From: an uncultured Pseudobdellovibrionaceae bacterium
GTDB taxonomy: Bacteria > Bdellovibrionota > Bdellovibrionia > Bdellovibrionales > UBA1609
Assembly: GCA_963803705.1 (NCBI GenBank)
Contig: CAWDNU010000005.1
Coordinates: forward strand, 1 to 64,000
Reading direction: 5' to 3'
DNA: 64,000 nucleotides
The translations under genes and the position numbers were made by a program. This document shows positions 1 through 9,256 of this stretch, in pieces. The notes beneath the pieces were generated by a model. It was not told where the DNA came from. It saw nothing but the letters and a program-made list of their open reading frames with translations, and made no database searches. Each line of letters begins with the position of its first letter. The first letter of the stretch is position 1.

Positions 1-901
1 TGAAAAAAACAAGTTCAGAGAAAAAATAGAAACTATGAATGATGAGTTTGACGAGCAGTTAAAAAAGGAAAAAGCACAATTTGAATCAGAGGTGCGAAAA
101 CAGCGTTTGTCTGCAAAAGCGAAGGCCCAAAAGCTTGCTCAGTTTAGAAAGGATGCCAAGGCCAAGCAAGATCAATTGTCCAGAGACATTGCCAGCATGG
201 AAGCCCAAGCTGAAAAAGTCCAGGGTGATTTGGATAAAACACTCTTAGCCAAAAATGAGCTGTCAAAAAAAGCTAAGTCCTTAGAAGGCAGCAATAAAAA
301 TTTAAGTAAAGATATAGCACGTTTAAAAGAAATGGCAGATGCTCGTAACAAAGTAATTCGTAAAATAGCTAGTAACTTAAAAAAAGCTGGGATCGAAGCC
401 TCAGTTGATGGAAAGTCTGGAGACGTTATTATTTCATTCGGAGAAGAGTATTTTGATTCTGGAAAAGCAAGTTTGAAGCCTGGTATGGAACAAGTGTTAA
501 AAAGATTCATGCCAACATACTCTTCAAGTTTACTATCTGATCCAGAAACTGCGGATAAAATTCAGTCTATAGAAATTGTAGGGTTTGCTTCACCAACTTA
601 CAAAGGTAAATACGTAGATCCAAAAAGCTTAAAAGCTGGCAACAAAGAGGCTATGAATTATAATTTGGATTTAAGCTATTACAGAGCGCGCTCTATATTT
701 GACTATGTTTTTGATACTACCAAAATGCAGTACAGGCACCAAAAAGACATCCTTCCCATCGTTAAGGTCACAGGACGAAGCTTTTTAGCCGAAGGTGAAA
801 ACCCTAAGGATGCAGCTGATTTGTCGCAAAAAGAATATTGTAAGAAATATGATTGTAAGAAATCTCAAAGAGTAATGATTAAGTTTAATATGCAGCCGTA
901 A
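1..901 (+). CDS. Coiled-coil protein with C-terminal OmpA/MotB-like peptidoglycan-binding domain (5' truncated by window edge)
   Basis: Frame is open from position 2 through the ATG at 35; coiled coil, then YFDSGKASLK...IEIVGFAS...NLDLSYYRARSI (OmpA-C-like). Confidence 0.7.
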   Translation, partial: EKNKFREKIETMNDEFDEQLKKEKAQFESEVRKQRLSAKAKAQKLAQFRKDAKAKQDQLSRDIASMEAQAEKVQGDLDKTLLAKNELSKKAKSLEGSNKNLSKDIARLKEMADARNKVIRKIASNLKKAGIEASVDGKSGDVIISFGEEYFDSGKASLKPGMEQVLKRFMPTYSSSLLSDPETADKIQSIEIVGFASPTYKGKYVDPKSLKAGNKEAMNYNLDLSYYRARSIFDYVFDTTKMQYRHQKDILPIVKVTGRSFLAEGENPKDAADLSQKEYCKKYDCKKSQRVMIKFNMQP

Positions 902-915
902 GAGGATAGGTTAAC

Positions 916-1845
916 ATGGAAACACAAAAAGTAGTTTATACATTTATCGATGCGCTGGTAATTTTTGCCAGTCACTGGCTTATTCCAACAATGATGTTTT
1001 TATTTATAGTAGGAATGAGTTTTAGGGCCATAATTTTCTACACGGTAAAGCGTGAAGAGTGGTTTGCAAAAGAATTCGAAAAAAGAGTAGATATTTATTT
1101 AAAAGAGCGCGACCTAAAATCAAATATGTCCTTTTATGTAGTTTGCAAAAAGTTGCTGGAAAAAACTTTCTACGATCTATTTAAAGTAAGATTTATCATG
1201 AAGCGCAGAAAGCCTGATTTTGTTATGACTTTTGCAGATCGAGTGTTTTTAGTAAAACAAGGTTCAGCTATTTTGGTCGAAGACTTTCTAAAGCAACTTA
1301 GGCACCTTAGGTATAATGAATCTAACCACCCACGCTTACTATCGACAACTAAAAAGATCTTTTCAAAGAACCCATGTTTTAGCAAAGTGTTTGGTATTTT
1401 TCCTGCAGCGACCTTAAACGACGTAATTAATATTCTTCCTGGCATTTTTATTGTGATGGGCGTGTTTGGTACATTTTTAGGTATCATGAGAGGTTTACCG
1501 GATTTAGGAAACATGGACTTAGCTGACGTTGAGGCTTCCAAAATGGTAATGGATCAGTTTTTAGTCAAGATAGCTTTCGCAATGAGCACGTCCCTTGTTG
1601 GGATTGCTCTATCAGTCATATTTTCAATATTTAATGCAAGTTTATCTCCTGAAAAACTCTTTATGTCAGCAGTCGAAAGAATGGAAACAGCTTTAGATAC
1701 AGTTTGGCATTTCAGCGCTAACAACGATGTTCCTACAAATTTAGTAGAATTTGACGAAAACAGAGAGCCAGAAGAAGTTTTAGCTCGCCAGTCAGTCAAT
1801 GAAGAGTTGATGCTGGCAAAAAATAAAAACAAAGAGGCTTCTTAA
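916..1845 (+). CDS. MotA/TolQ/ExbB-like membrane protein
   Basis: N-terminal TM plus LPGIFIVMGVFGTFLGI...AFAMSTSLVGI helix pair typical of the proton-channel family. Confidence 0.65.
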   Translation: METQKVVYTFIDALVIFASHWLIPTMMFLFIVGMSFRAIIFYTVKREEWFAKEFEKRVDIYLKERDLKSNMSFYVVCKKLLEKTFYDLFKVRFIMKRRKPDFVMTFADRVFLVKQGSAILVEDFLKQLRHLRYNESNHPRLLSTTKKIFSKNPCFSKVFGIFPAATLNDVINILPGIFIVMGVFGTFLGIMRGLPDLGNMDLADVEASKMVMDQFLVKIAFAMSTSLVGIALSVIFSIFNASLSPEKLFMSAVERMETALDTVWHFSANNDVPTNLVEFDENREPEEVLARQSVNEELMLAKNKNKEAS

Positions 1846-1862
1846 TTGAAGTAAAACGAACT

Positions 1863-4490
1863 ATGAAGAAATTTAGCAGATACATCATCGAAATAGAATT
1901 TGAAGGCCGCAACAGAACTGAGTATGTTGCAAATGATGTGTTCACAATCGGACGCTCTTCAGATTGCGATATTCATATCGATTCTAAAAACTTGAGTCGA
2001 CAACATATGAAAGTTTCTTTGGTGGGTAACGAAATCTTCATTGAAGATCTTAAGTCGACAAACGGTTGTTTTTTGGACGGTGAGCCTTTAGAGCCAGGAA
2101 CGCTAATTTCTTACAGCACAGATAAAATTTTATCTCTTGGAAAACACGACGATGTAATACTAACCTTAAAGGCCAAATTTGAAATAGAAAGTTCACCTTC
2201 CAAGCATAAAATAAAAGATGATCTTAAAGATACTTTTAGTAAAGATTCTCTAGATTTAAAAGATCCTCCTCCCAAAAAAGCAGAGCGTGATTATAAAGAA
2301 ATTATGCATCAAGTAGAAATTCTTAAAACAGAAATTATTGATCGAGCGGAAAAAAGGGCAGATAAAATCATTGAAGAAGCAAAAGCTGAATCTGAAAAAT
2401 TAACGTCAGAGTCCAAGCATGAATCAGAAAAATCAGCTGCTCAAGCCAGGGTAAATGCTGATAAAATCATGGCAGAAGCTGTAGAACAGTCAAAAAATAT
2501 TAAAGAACAAACCGACCTGGCTGATATTTTAAGAGAAATTGAAGATAAAAGAAATGAACTTAACCGTGTTAATGAAATCATTACAACCTGTCGCGAAAAT
2601 TTAAAATCTTTAGAATTAAAAAATACACAGTTTTTAGAGCTAGAGGAAAAAAACACTGAGTTAGAGCTAAAAATTAAATCTCTAAAAAGAGAAACCGAAA
2701 ATCTATTTGAAAGCCAAAAGGACATTGAGGGTAAAATATCGATTTCTAATCAAGACCTGGAAAAAATACTGAAAGAAAAAACGGATGTCGCAAAAATTCT
2801 TTCAGAAACGAAAAGTAAGAATTCAGAGCTTGAATCTAAACAATCTAAGTTAGAAAAAGATGTTGAGACCCTAGTCAGCAAAAAAGATAGATTAGAATCT
2901 CAGGTTTCTGATTTGGGTCATAAGCAGTCCGAACTAGACAAATTGGTTATTCAACTGAAGGAAGTTCAAAGCAATTTAGAAGAAAAGAATTCTGCATTTA
3001 AAGAGATCTTAATTGAGATTCAAAATGTAAACACAGATTTAAAAGCTTTAAAAGATCTGCAGCTCAATTTACAGACAGAAAATACTAAGCAGAAACTTCA
3101 AATTGATTCTGAACAAGAAAAGCTAACAAGATTACAAGAAGAGTATAAAGACTTTTTAGACAAGAAAACGTCGCTGAATACGGAAATAGAGGATGTAAAA
3201 AATCAGAAAGAGGCAAGTGTTCATGAGCTTGCAGAATTAAAAGAAAAAGCTCAGACCTTAAGCAAAGAGTGTGATCAAAAGATCAAAAAAGCTACTGATG
3301 AAGCAGACCTTGTACTTTCTCAGGCAAAAGCTAAAGCTCAGTCTGAACATTTAGAATTGGTTCAAAAATCTAAACAAGATATTATCGAGAAAGAAGAGTC
3401 GCTTCTGAGCCATGCGAAGCTGCAAGCCAATGAGATTATCGAGAAGGCTAAAACTAGCTCGAACAAAATCGAATTAGAGCTTAAGCAAAAGCATGACGAG
3501 ATGTTACTAAGAGCTGAAGTTAAGGCCGAGAAAGTACTTAAGGATTCCCAAGAAAGATCAGACGAACTTAGAGACAGGGGGCAGGCAGAGTATCAAAAGC
3601 GCATAAAAGAAGCTGAATCAGAGGCCGACAACATCAAAGTTAGATCTATTCAGGTTATGGATGAAAAGAAAAAAGACTTTGTGGAGCTTGAGAAAAAAAG
3701 AATTAGGAAAAGTTCCGAATTGTTAAAATCAGAACTTAATGTTTTATTATACTCTAAATTGAAGCTATATTTAAAAGAAGACGGTGAAGATTATGCCGCT
3801 CGTGTTCGAGCGTCTCTGGAAGCCGCAGTAAATTCATGCATGCTTAGTGAAGTTATCGAAAATGACGAAGAGATGTACGCCCTTCTCGATGATCAAGTCT
3901 TAAAGCAGCAGCAAAAGACAATAAACTATTGGCGCTATACAGTGCCGGGGGTCTTGATGTCGCTTGTTTTAGTTTATTTCGCTGTCCCTTTCTTCAAAGA
4001 GAAGATTAAAGATGAGTCTAGGAAAGTGGCATCGATCTCTAAACAAGAGACTGAAAACAGAATTAGACAGATGGATTCTGACGCTAAAAAGGCACTTTTT
4101 GAATTTTTTAACCCAAAAAAATCGAACGAATTTAAATCCACTTATACAGACCGAGTCCTTTATACAGACAAATATGCCAAAGTTAGTTTAGATAAAGACT
4201 ATAGAGAAGACTGGATTTTAGATCTACAAACATTTTTTGTTGATGATCTGGAACTAAGTGAAAATGCGCTGGTACCATTTATATCACAAGAAGCAAATAT
4301 GATTCGCGAACTTGTGGCTCAATCCAAGAAAATAAATGGCAAATTTATTGATCAAGGCATTTCAAAGATGCGAGAGATCGAAGACGAATTTTTAGTGAAG
4401 CTTAAAGTTAATCTTCGCGATGAACGGGACTTCAGAAAGATTATGGCCTTCCAAAAAAAATTTTTTAACAAAAAAGTTAAAAAATACTAA
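1863..4490 (+). CDS. FHA-domain, long coiled-coil, single-TM protein
   Basis: FTIGRSSDCD...LSRQH...DLKSTNG FHA motif; about 550 aa coiled coil; TM near aa 695-712. Confidence 0.8.
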   Translation: MKKFSRYIIEIEFEGRNRTEYVANDVFTIGRSSDCDIHIDSKNLSRQHMKVSLVGNEIFIEDLKSTNGCFLDGEPLEPGTLISYSTDKILSLGKHDDVILTLKAKFEIESSPSKHKIKDDLKDTFSKDSLDLKDPPPKKAERDYKEIMHQVEILKTEIIDRAEKRADKIIEEAKAESEKLTSESKHESEKSAAQARVNADKIMAEAVEQSKNIKEQTDLADILREIEDKRNELNRVNEIITTCRENLKSLELKNTQFLELEEKNTELELKIKSLKRETENLFESQKDIEGKISISNQDLEKILKEKTDVAKILSETKSKNSELESKQSKLEKDVETLVSKKDRLESQVSDLGHKQSELDKLVIQLKEVQSNLEEKNSAFKEILIEIQNVNTDLKALKDLQLNLQTENTKQKLQIDSEQEKLTRLQEEYKDFLDKKTSLNTEIEDVKNQKEASVHELAELKEKAQTLSKECDQKIKKATDEADLVLSQAKAKAQSEHLELVQKSKQDIIEKEESLLSHAKLQANEIIEKAKTSSNKIELELKQKHDEMLLRAEVKAEKVLKDSQERSDELRDRGQAEYQKRIKEAESEADNIKVRSIQVMDEKKKDFVELEKKRIRKSSELLKSELNVLLYSKLKLYLKEDGEDYAARVRASLEAAVNSCMLSEVIENDEEMYALLDDQVLKQQQKTINYWRYTVPGVLMSLVLVYFAVPFFKEKIKDESRKVASISKQETENRIRQMDSDAKKALFEFFNPKKSNEFKSTYTDRVLYTDKYAKVSLDKDYREDWILDLQTFFVDDLELSENALVPFISQEANMIRELVAQSKKINGKFIDQGISKMREIEDEFLVKLKVNLRDERDFRKIMAFQKKFFNKKVKKY

Positions 4491-4701
4491 CTTAATTTGT
4501 CTAAGCCAGGATCGTTTCACAAATACTTAATACAAACTTTCTTGTTATCAAAGTATCTATTGCTTTATGCTTTGATGCCACATTGCAACATCAAAGCTGA
4601 GCGAGTCACCATACTTTAACTGATTAGTAAAATGTTAATGGCGTGAGATACCGCTTTAGCGATAAGCAAACGTCACTCGCTCTGGTCGAAAATTTCAGTA
4701 G

Positions 4702-4717
4702 TGGCCTGGTTGTTGCT
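4702..4717 (+). promoter_or_regulatory. Putative sigma54 (-24/-12) promoter
   Basis: TGGCCTGGTTGTTGCT: GG-N10-GC spacing, 84 bp upstream of ORF 4801. Confidence 0.5.
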
Positions 4718-4800
4718 AAAGATACAGTTAAAGCTAAAGCTTAAATTGCGAGACAGTAATACGTTCTAGATAACGATTTTGGCATGAAGGATTTATACAA

Positions 4801-6660
4801 ATGAATAGAGGTTTGCCAATATATCGATCTACGGTTTATTTGGCAGTTCTTCTCGTACTTTCAATGACTAATTTTTTGAGTCTTGCTAGCGTGAATGAAG
4901 TCCTGGCCAATTCCATAAGTAACCATCAAAATGTTCCACTAGATTTAGGTCCCTTCAGGTTAAACGATGGGGTAACCGCAACACGAAATAATACTATCTC
5001 TGTTTTAGAATCAGTCAGAGAATTTGATCAAAGATTTAAGGAAATTATAATAGATGTTCGAGGCAACAGAGCGGGCAGTGGCGATGTTGCTGCAGGCTAT
5101 TTGACTGCAATGGACTTAATTTTAAATTTTCAAATCAAAGGATCAATCACGTTTTTGGTCGATGGCAAATCTAGAAAAGTACTAGACCGTATAGCTCACG
5201 GAAATTCAACTTTTTTTGATTCAGTGCAAGTGCAAACCCTGGAGTCGATTCCAGGATCCATAACATTTGACCTTTATTTAGCCTTGGCTAGTCCGGTAGG
5301 TTCATTTAGGTATGGCAAACAGATAGACGAAAGATCTGGGCCACCTGATGAGCCTGAATCAGGTTTGAAAATTAATATGAACTCAGACGGTATTTTACTA
5401 GTTCAAACTGTTTTTGGTAACACAGAAAAAAGAGCCAGGGGCAATCCTTACGCCGTGATCCGGGGAAATGGAATCAATTACTTAATGAATCCTGCTGGAA
5501 TTGCAGCTAACGAAGCGGGGATTTACAAAGATTTTATAGCTTCACGCCTTCGACTATTTACTTCGAATGAAACTAAAGCGTTTATTCTTTCTGAATCCGA
5601 AGTCATACCTGATTCGTTTTCTAAATACGCCGTGCAAAGCCTTTTGACTGGATCAAAACTGATTGGCTCAAAAATTGGCTTGGCTTATGGAATTTCATAT
5701 TCAGAAACGTGGGACCAATTTGAAAGCTACTTGCAAGGGCTAGCCAATGAGACCAGCGGTGCATTTAGTATCATTACCCCTTCAGAATTTCTGGTGAAGA
5801 ATATTATTAATCCAGAATTACAAAATCGAATTGTGGTTATTTCTGACCAATCTCAAATACCCACTTTTGCTGACGATGGAAAAATTTATATCCTTAAGGT
5901 TAAGACTCTGCCGCACAAAGTTTTTGTGGGACTTATTGCTTACTGTATGAAAAGTGGCTTAGTGCCCGTAGGTGCGGGGGATGGATTTCTAAGTGCTGCT
6001 ATTAATTTAGGTGGGCCTTTTGTGTTGACCCAAGTCCCATGGAACGAAAAAAACTTAGATAACATTTCGGAACGAATGGGTATAATTGCAAAAAAAATCA
6101 GAACAAATTTAACAGTGCAAAGTGAAGTGCTAGAGATTTTATTTCAAATTTTTGAAGCTGTCGACTTGACACAGGCTCAATCCTTGCAAAGCCTTAACGG
6201 TCTTTTCTTCGCGCTTGACGAAGAAGTATCTAACTTAACAGAGCAAATTATTGACGCTGTTGTACAGGTAGCCAGAGCGCCCGAGGTTGCTCAGTTGGGC
6301 TCACAAGAAAGTTATTCATCGGCGTTAGACTTCACGCTTCGTAAAAGTATTCAGGAAGGTGGAACATTATACTTGGAGGATCCCTTACCGAAGCCCGAAG
6401 CTAGCTTTTACTCGAAGCTGAAGGGTTTGCTATATATATACAATTCTCATCGAAGTGCCATGGACTCTAAGTTAGAAAATATTGCATTGAAACCAGCCGA
6501 CAGCACGTCTGATCCCGGAACTGTCACAGAACGTGCAAGCAAGCTTACAAGGTTTTTCTTAAACAAATTTAAATTTAAATCGAATCAGCATGTCTTGGAC
6601 AGCTCTAATCATCTGATTGTTCAAAAACTAAGTTGCGAAGCCTTTCTTAAACTATACTAA
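4801..6660 (+). CDS. Secreted hypothetical protein, possible GT-B-fold glycosyltransferase
   Basis: Signal-like N-terminus; GSGDVAAG and GAGDGFLSAAINLGGPFV motifs reminiscent of GT-B enzymes. Confidence 0.5.
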   Translation: MNRGLPIYRSTVYLAVLLVLSMTNFLSLASVNEVLANSISNHQNVPLDLGPFRLNDGVTATRNNTISVLESVREFDQRFKEIIIDVRGNRAGSGDVAAGYLTAMDLILNFQIKGSITFLVDGKSRKVLDRIAHGNSTFFDSVQVQTLESIPGSITFDLYLALASPVGSFRYGKQIDERSGPPDEPESGLKINMNSDGILLVQTVFGNTEKRARGNPYAVIRGNGINYLMNPAGIAANEAGIYKDFIASRLRLFTSNETKAFILSESEVIPDSFSKYAVQSLLTGSKLIGSKIGLAYGISYSETWDQFESYLQGLANETSGAFSIITPSEFLVKNIINPELQNRIVVISDQSQIPTFADDGKIYILKVKTLPHKVFVGLIAYCMKSGLVPVGAGDGFLSAAINLGGPFVLTQVPWNEKNLDNISERMGIIAKKIRTNLTVQSEVLEILFQIFEAVDLTQAQSLQSLNGLFFALDEEVSNLTEQIIDAVVQVARAPEVAQLGSQESYSSALDFTLRKSIQEGGTLYLEDPLPKPEASFYSKLKGLLYIYNSHRSAMDSKLENIALKPADSTSDPGTVTERASKLTRFFLNKFKFKSNQHVLDSSNHLIVQKLSCEAFLKLY

Positions 6661-6796
6661 ACTAAACTGCATATCATTTAAATGAATACCCCCATGTCAA
6701 ATCTGAATTATACAATCGATCTATTTTTTCCTAAGGTTACTCAATCACTGCCAAAAGGTCGTGAACTTAAAACCCTAAAGCCAAAGATGACAGACT

Positions 6797-7378
6797 ATGA
6801 AATCAATCAGTTTAATTATAATATTTTTGTTAGCACCACTATTTGCAAATGCCGGTTTAGATGGCTCAGGTTATCGCGACTGCTCTACGCATATATCTGA
6901 TAGGGAACAGTTCAGCTTGACCCTGCAAGACGTTTCAGATGCGTTCAATGTAAGGCCGGATCAACTTTTTGCCATAGACTCCTATTTTAATATAGGTCTT
7001 TCAGCCTTAGAAAAAGAAAAGAATATTTTAGGAGACGGCGAACGCGGAAGCTACAAAGTTAACTTAGTCATAGAACATAAGTGTAAGTCTGCTGATGGCG
7101 GAATTAAATTGACTTTGAATGCACCCAGCCAATTTAAAAAAGTTTATCGAGATAAATTGCTAGGAAATTTTGAAAAAGAACTCGTAGACACTGACGTTAA
7201 CCAAAGTGTTCTTTCCGACAGAATCGAGCTAGACGGCGCTACAATCAAAGTGCTAATTGATCTAACCGAAGCATCGCTTCCGGACCTTATGAGAAAAGGA
7301 CGTTTCTCTAAAAATATTAGGGTATCTATTTTTAACAAGATTACTGGCTTGCACATTGAAGGGTACAATAAGTTATAA
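6797..7378 (+). CDS. Secreted hypothetical protein
   Basis: 193-aa ORF with signal peptide ending ANA. Confidence 0.65.
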   Translation: MKSISLIIIFLLAPLFANAGLDGSGYRDCSTHISDREQFSLTLQDVSDAFNVRPDQLFAIDSYFNIGLSALEKEKNILGDGERGSYKVNLVIEHKCKSADGGIKLTLNAPSQFKKVYRDKLLGNFEKELVDTDVNQSVLSDRIELDGATIKVLIDLTEASLPDLMRKGRFSKNIRVSIFNKITGLHIEGYNKL

Positions 7379-7413
7379 ACTGATAGGAATAATATTGGAC
7401 ATTTCAAATTTTG

Positions 7414-7456
7414 TAGATAGATAGAATGCTCTGTTGCCTAGCGTTCTATCTATCTA
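7414..7456. terminator. 17-bp stem hairpin, probable terminator
   Basis: TAGATAGATAGAATGCT-N9-AGCGTTCTATCTATCTA, one G:U pair, just downstream of ORF 6797. Confidence 0.5.
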
Positions 7457-7573
7457 ATTTATCGGTCAGCAGATCTCACATAAAATTATTTTTTCAAATT
7501 TTTGCAGATTTTATCCTCACCAAAGAAAAACAATCTTGTTGCGTGTAAGTTTAGTGTAAGTTAAGGTTGGAGT

Positions 7574-7942
7574 ATGGAAAGTCCAACATCAGGTTTATTT
7601 GGCATCAGCGAAGACCACATTGAGAAGTACCAGTCGTTAGACCTAAGATTTATAAAGAATCGGGCCGCTACATTTTTTTTTGAAGCCTCTGGGATAGCAA
7701 TGTCTCCACTGATTTTATCAAAAGATGTTTTAATTGTGGACCGTTCTGTGGACCCTTCAAGTGGTCATATAGTTGTTGGATCATTAAATGATCAAGCTTT
7801 TATCTGTAGGCGTTTTGTGAAAGATGCAAATGGTTTACTTTTAAGGGCTGAAAACCCCGACTCTTCAGATATTAAAGTTGAGGATGACATGGATTTAAAA
7901 ATTTTTGGGGTGGTAAGGTCTATTGTCAGAGAGTTTATCTAA
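7574..7942 (+). CDS. umuD: UmuD-like S24 family protein (catalytic dyad substituted)
   Basis: SLDLRFIKNRAATFFFEASG...DVLIVDRS...IFGVV; overlaps umuC. Confidence 0.85.
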   Translation: MESPTSGLFGISEDHIEKYQSLDLRFIKNRAATFFFEASGIAMSPLILSKDVLIVDRSVDPSSGHIVVGSLNDQAFICRRFVKDANGLLLRAENPDSSDIKVEDDMDLKIFGVVRSIVREFI

Positions 7943-9218
7943 AAACATTATAGTGCTTGTAGATTGTAATGCTTTTTTTTGCAGTTGCGAGCGACTTTTT
8001 CAACCTTACCTTCATGATAAGCCGGTCGGAGTATTGTCTAACAATGATGGATGTTTTGTATCTAGGTCTAAAGAGTTAAAGTCGGTAGGTGTGCCAATGG
8101 CAGCTCCGTTTTTTAAGTACAAAGATATATGTCGAGAAAACAAAGTTCATGTCTTTTCATCCAATTATTCATTGTACACAAATATTTCAGACAGAGTTAT
8201 GAAAGTGCTTTGTGAGTTTTCGGACGATGTCGAAATTTACTCGGTGGATGAGGCCTTCATAAGTCTTCAAGGTTTTAGATCCTCTTCTGCCTTTCCAACT
8301 TTAGAAGATTATTTGTGGCATATTAAAAAAACTGTAGAGCAAAATACAGGAATACCAGTGAGCCTTGGAGTAGGACCAACAAAAACATTAGCTAAAGTAG
8401 CTAATCAAGTTGCGAAAAATAACGAGTACTGCAATGGGATTATGAATTTACTTGATCCGGTGATTCAAGATGAGGTTCTTGCTAGCTTTGAGTTAGATGA
8501 TATCTGGGGCGTTGGTCGAGCTTTAGCCCCAAGATTAAGAGCCTTAGGTTTAAAGTCTGCCAAAGATTTTAGGGATTATCCGAACGAAAAACATATACTA
8601 AATCTATTTAGTATTGTCGAAATTTTTAGAAAAAAAGAGTTGCAAGGTTTTCAGAAGTTTTTTTTAAATAAAAATTCTAAGTCAAAAAAAAATATAATGT
8701 GCAGTCGAAGTTTTGGAGCATCAGTTAAAACACTTTCAGAACTTAAAGCGTCGGTGGCTCACCACGTGTCTTCAGCGACGCACAAATTGCGAAAACAAAA
8801 CTCATTGTGTCGAACAGTCAGAGTTTTTGTTAGGACAAACAGGTTTAGAGATTCAAAGCAATATTACGGATCTAATGAGTATGTCCTAGATATGGCTACC
8901 GCTGACACTCGAAAAGTTATGATAGGCGCCATGCGGGTTCTAGATAAAATATTTGTCGAAGGGCTTGAATATAAAAAAGCAGGAGTTGTCTTAGGATCTA
9001 TTGCCGACAAAAAAACCCAACTGAGTTTATTTCAGAAAATGGACAATTCAAAAGCTGAAAATTTAATGAAATCAATTGATCTGATCAACGCAAAGTCTGG
9101 TGCAGAGACCATAAAATTTGCAATTACATCGACGCCAAAAAAATCTTGGCGTATGACTCAAAATTTAAAATCACAATCATATGTAACTGGCTGGGGTTCT
9201 TTACCAAAAGTCTATTAA
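7923..9218 (+). CDS. umuC: Y-family DNA polymerase V subunit UmuC
   Basis: LVDCNAFFCSCER, VLSNNDGC, YSVDEAF, GPTKTLAK, C-terminal WRMTQNLKSQSYVT. Confidence 0.93.
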   Translation: MSESLSKNIIVLVDCNAFFCSCERLFQPYLHDKPVGVLSNNDGCFVSRSKELKSVGVPMAAPFFKYKDICRENKVHVFSSNYSLYTNISDRVMKVLCEFSDDVEIYSVDEAFISLQGFRSSSAFPTLEDYLWHIKKTVEQNTGIPVSLGVGPTKTLAKVANQVAKNNEYCNGIMNLLDPVIQDEVLASFELDDIWGVGRALAPRLRALGLKSAKDFRDYPNEKHILNLFSIVEIFRKKELQGFQKFFLNKNSKSKKNIMCSRSFGASVKTLSELKASVAHHVSSATHKLRKQNSLCRTVRVFVRTNRFRDSKQYYGSNEYVLDMATADTRKVMIGAMRVLDKIFVEGLEYKKAGVVLGSIADKKTQLSLFQKMDNSKAENLMKSIDLINAKSGAETIKFAITSTPKKSWRMTQNLKSQSYVTGWGSLPKVY

Positions 9219-9256
9219 GATTTCTAAGCATTTTTCGCAAATTGGCCTAAATGCGC

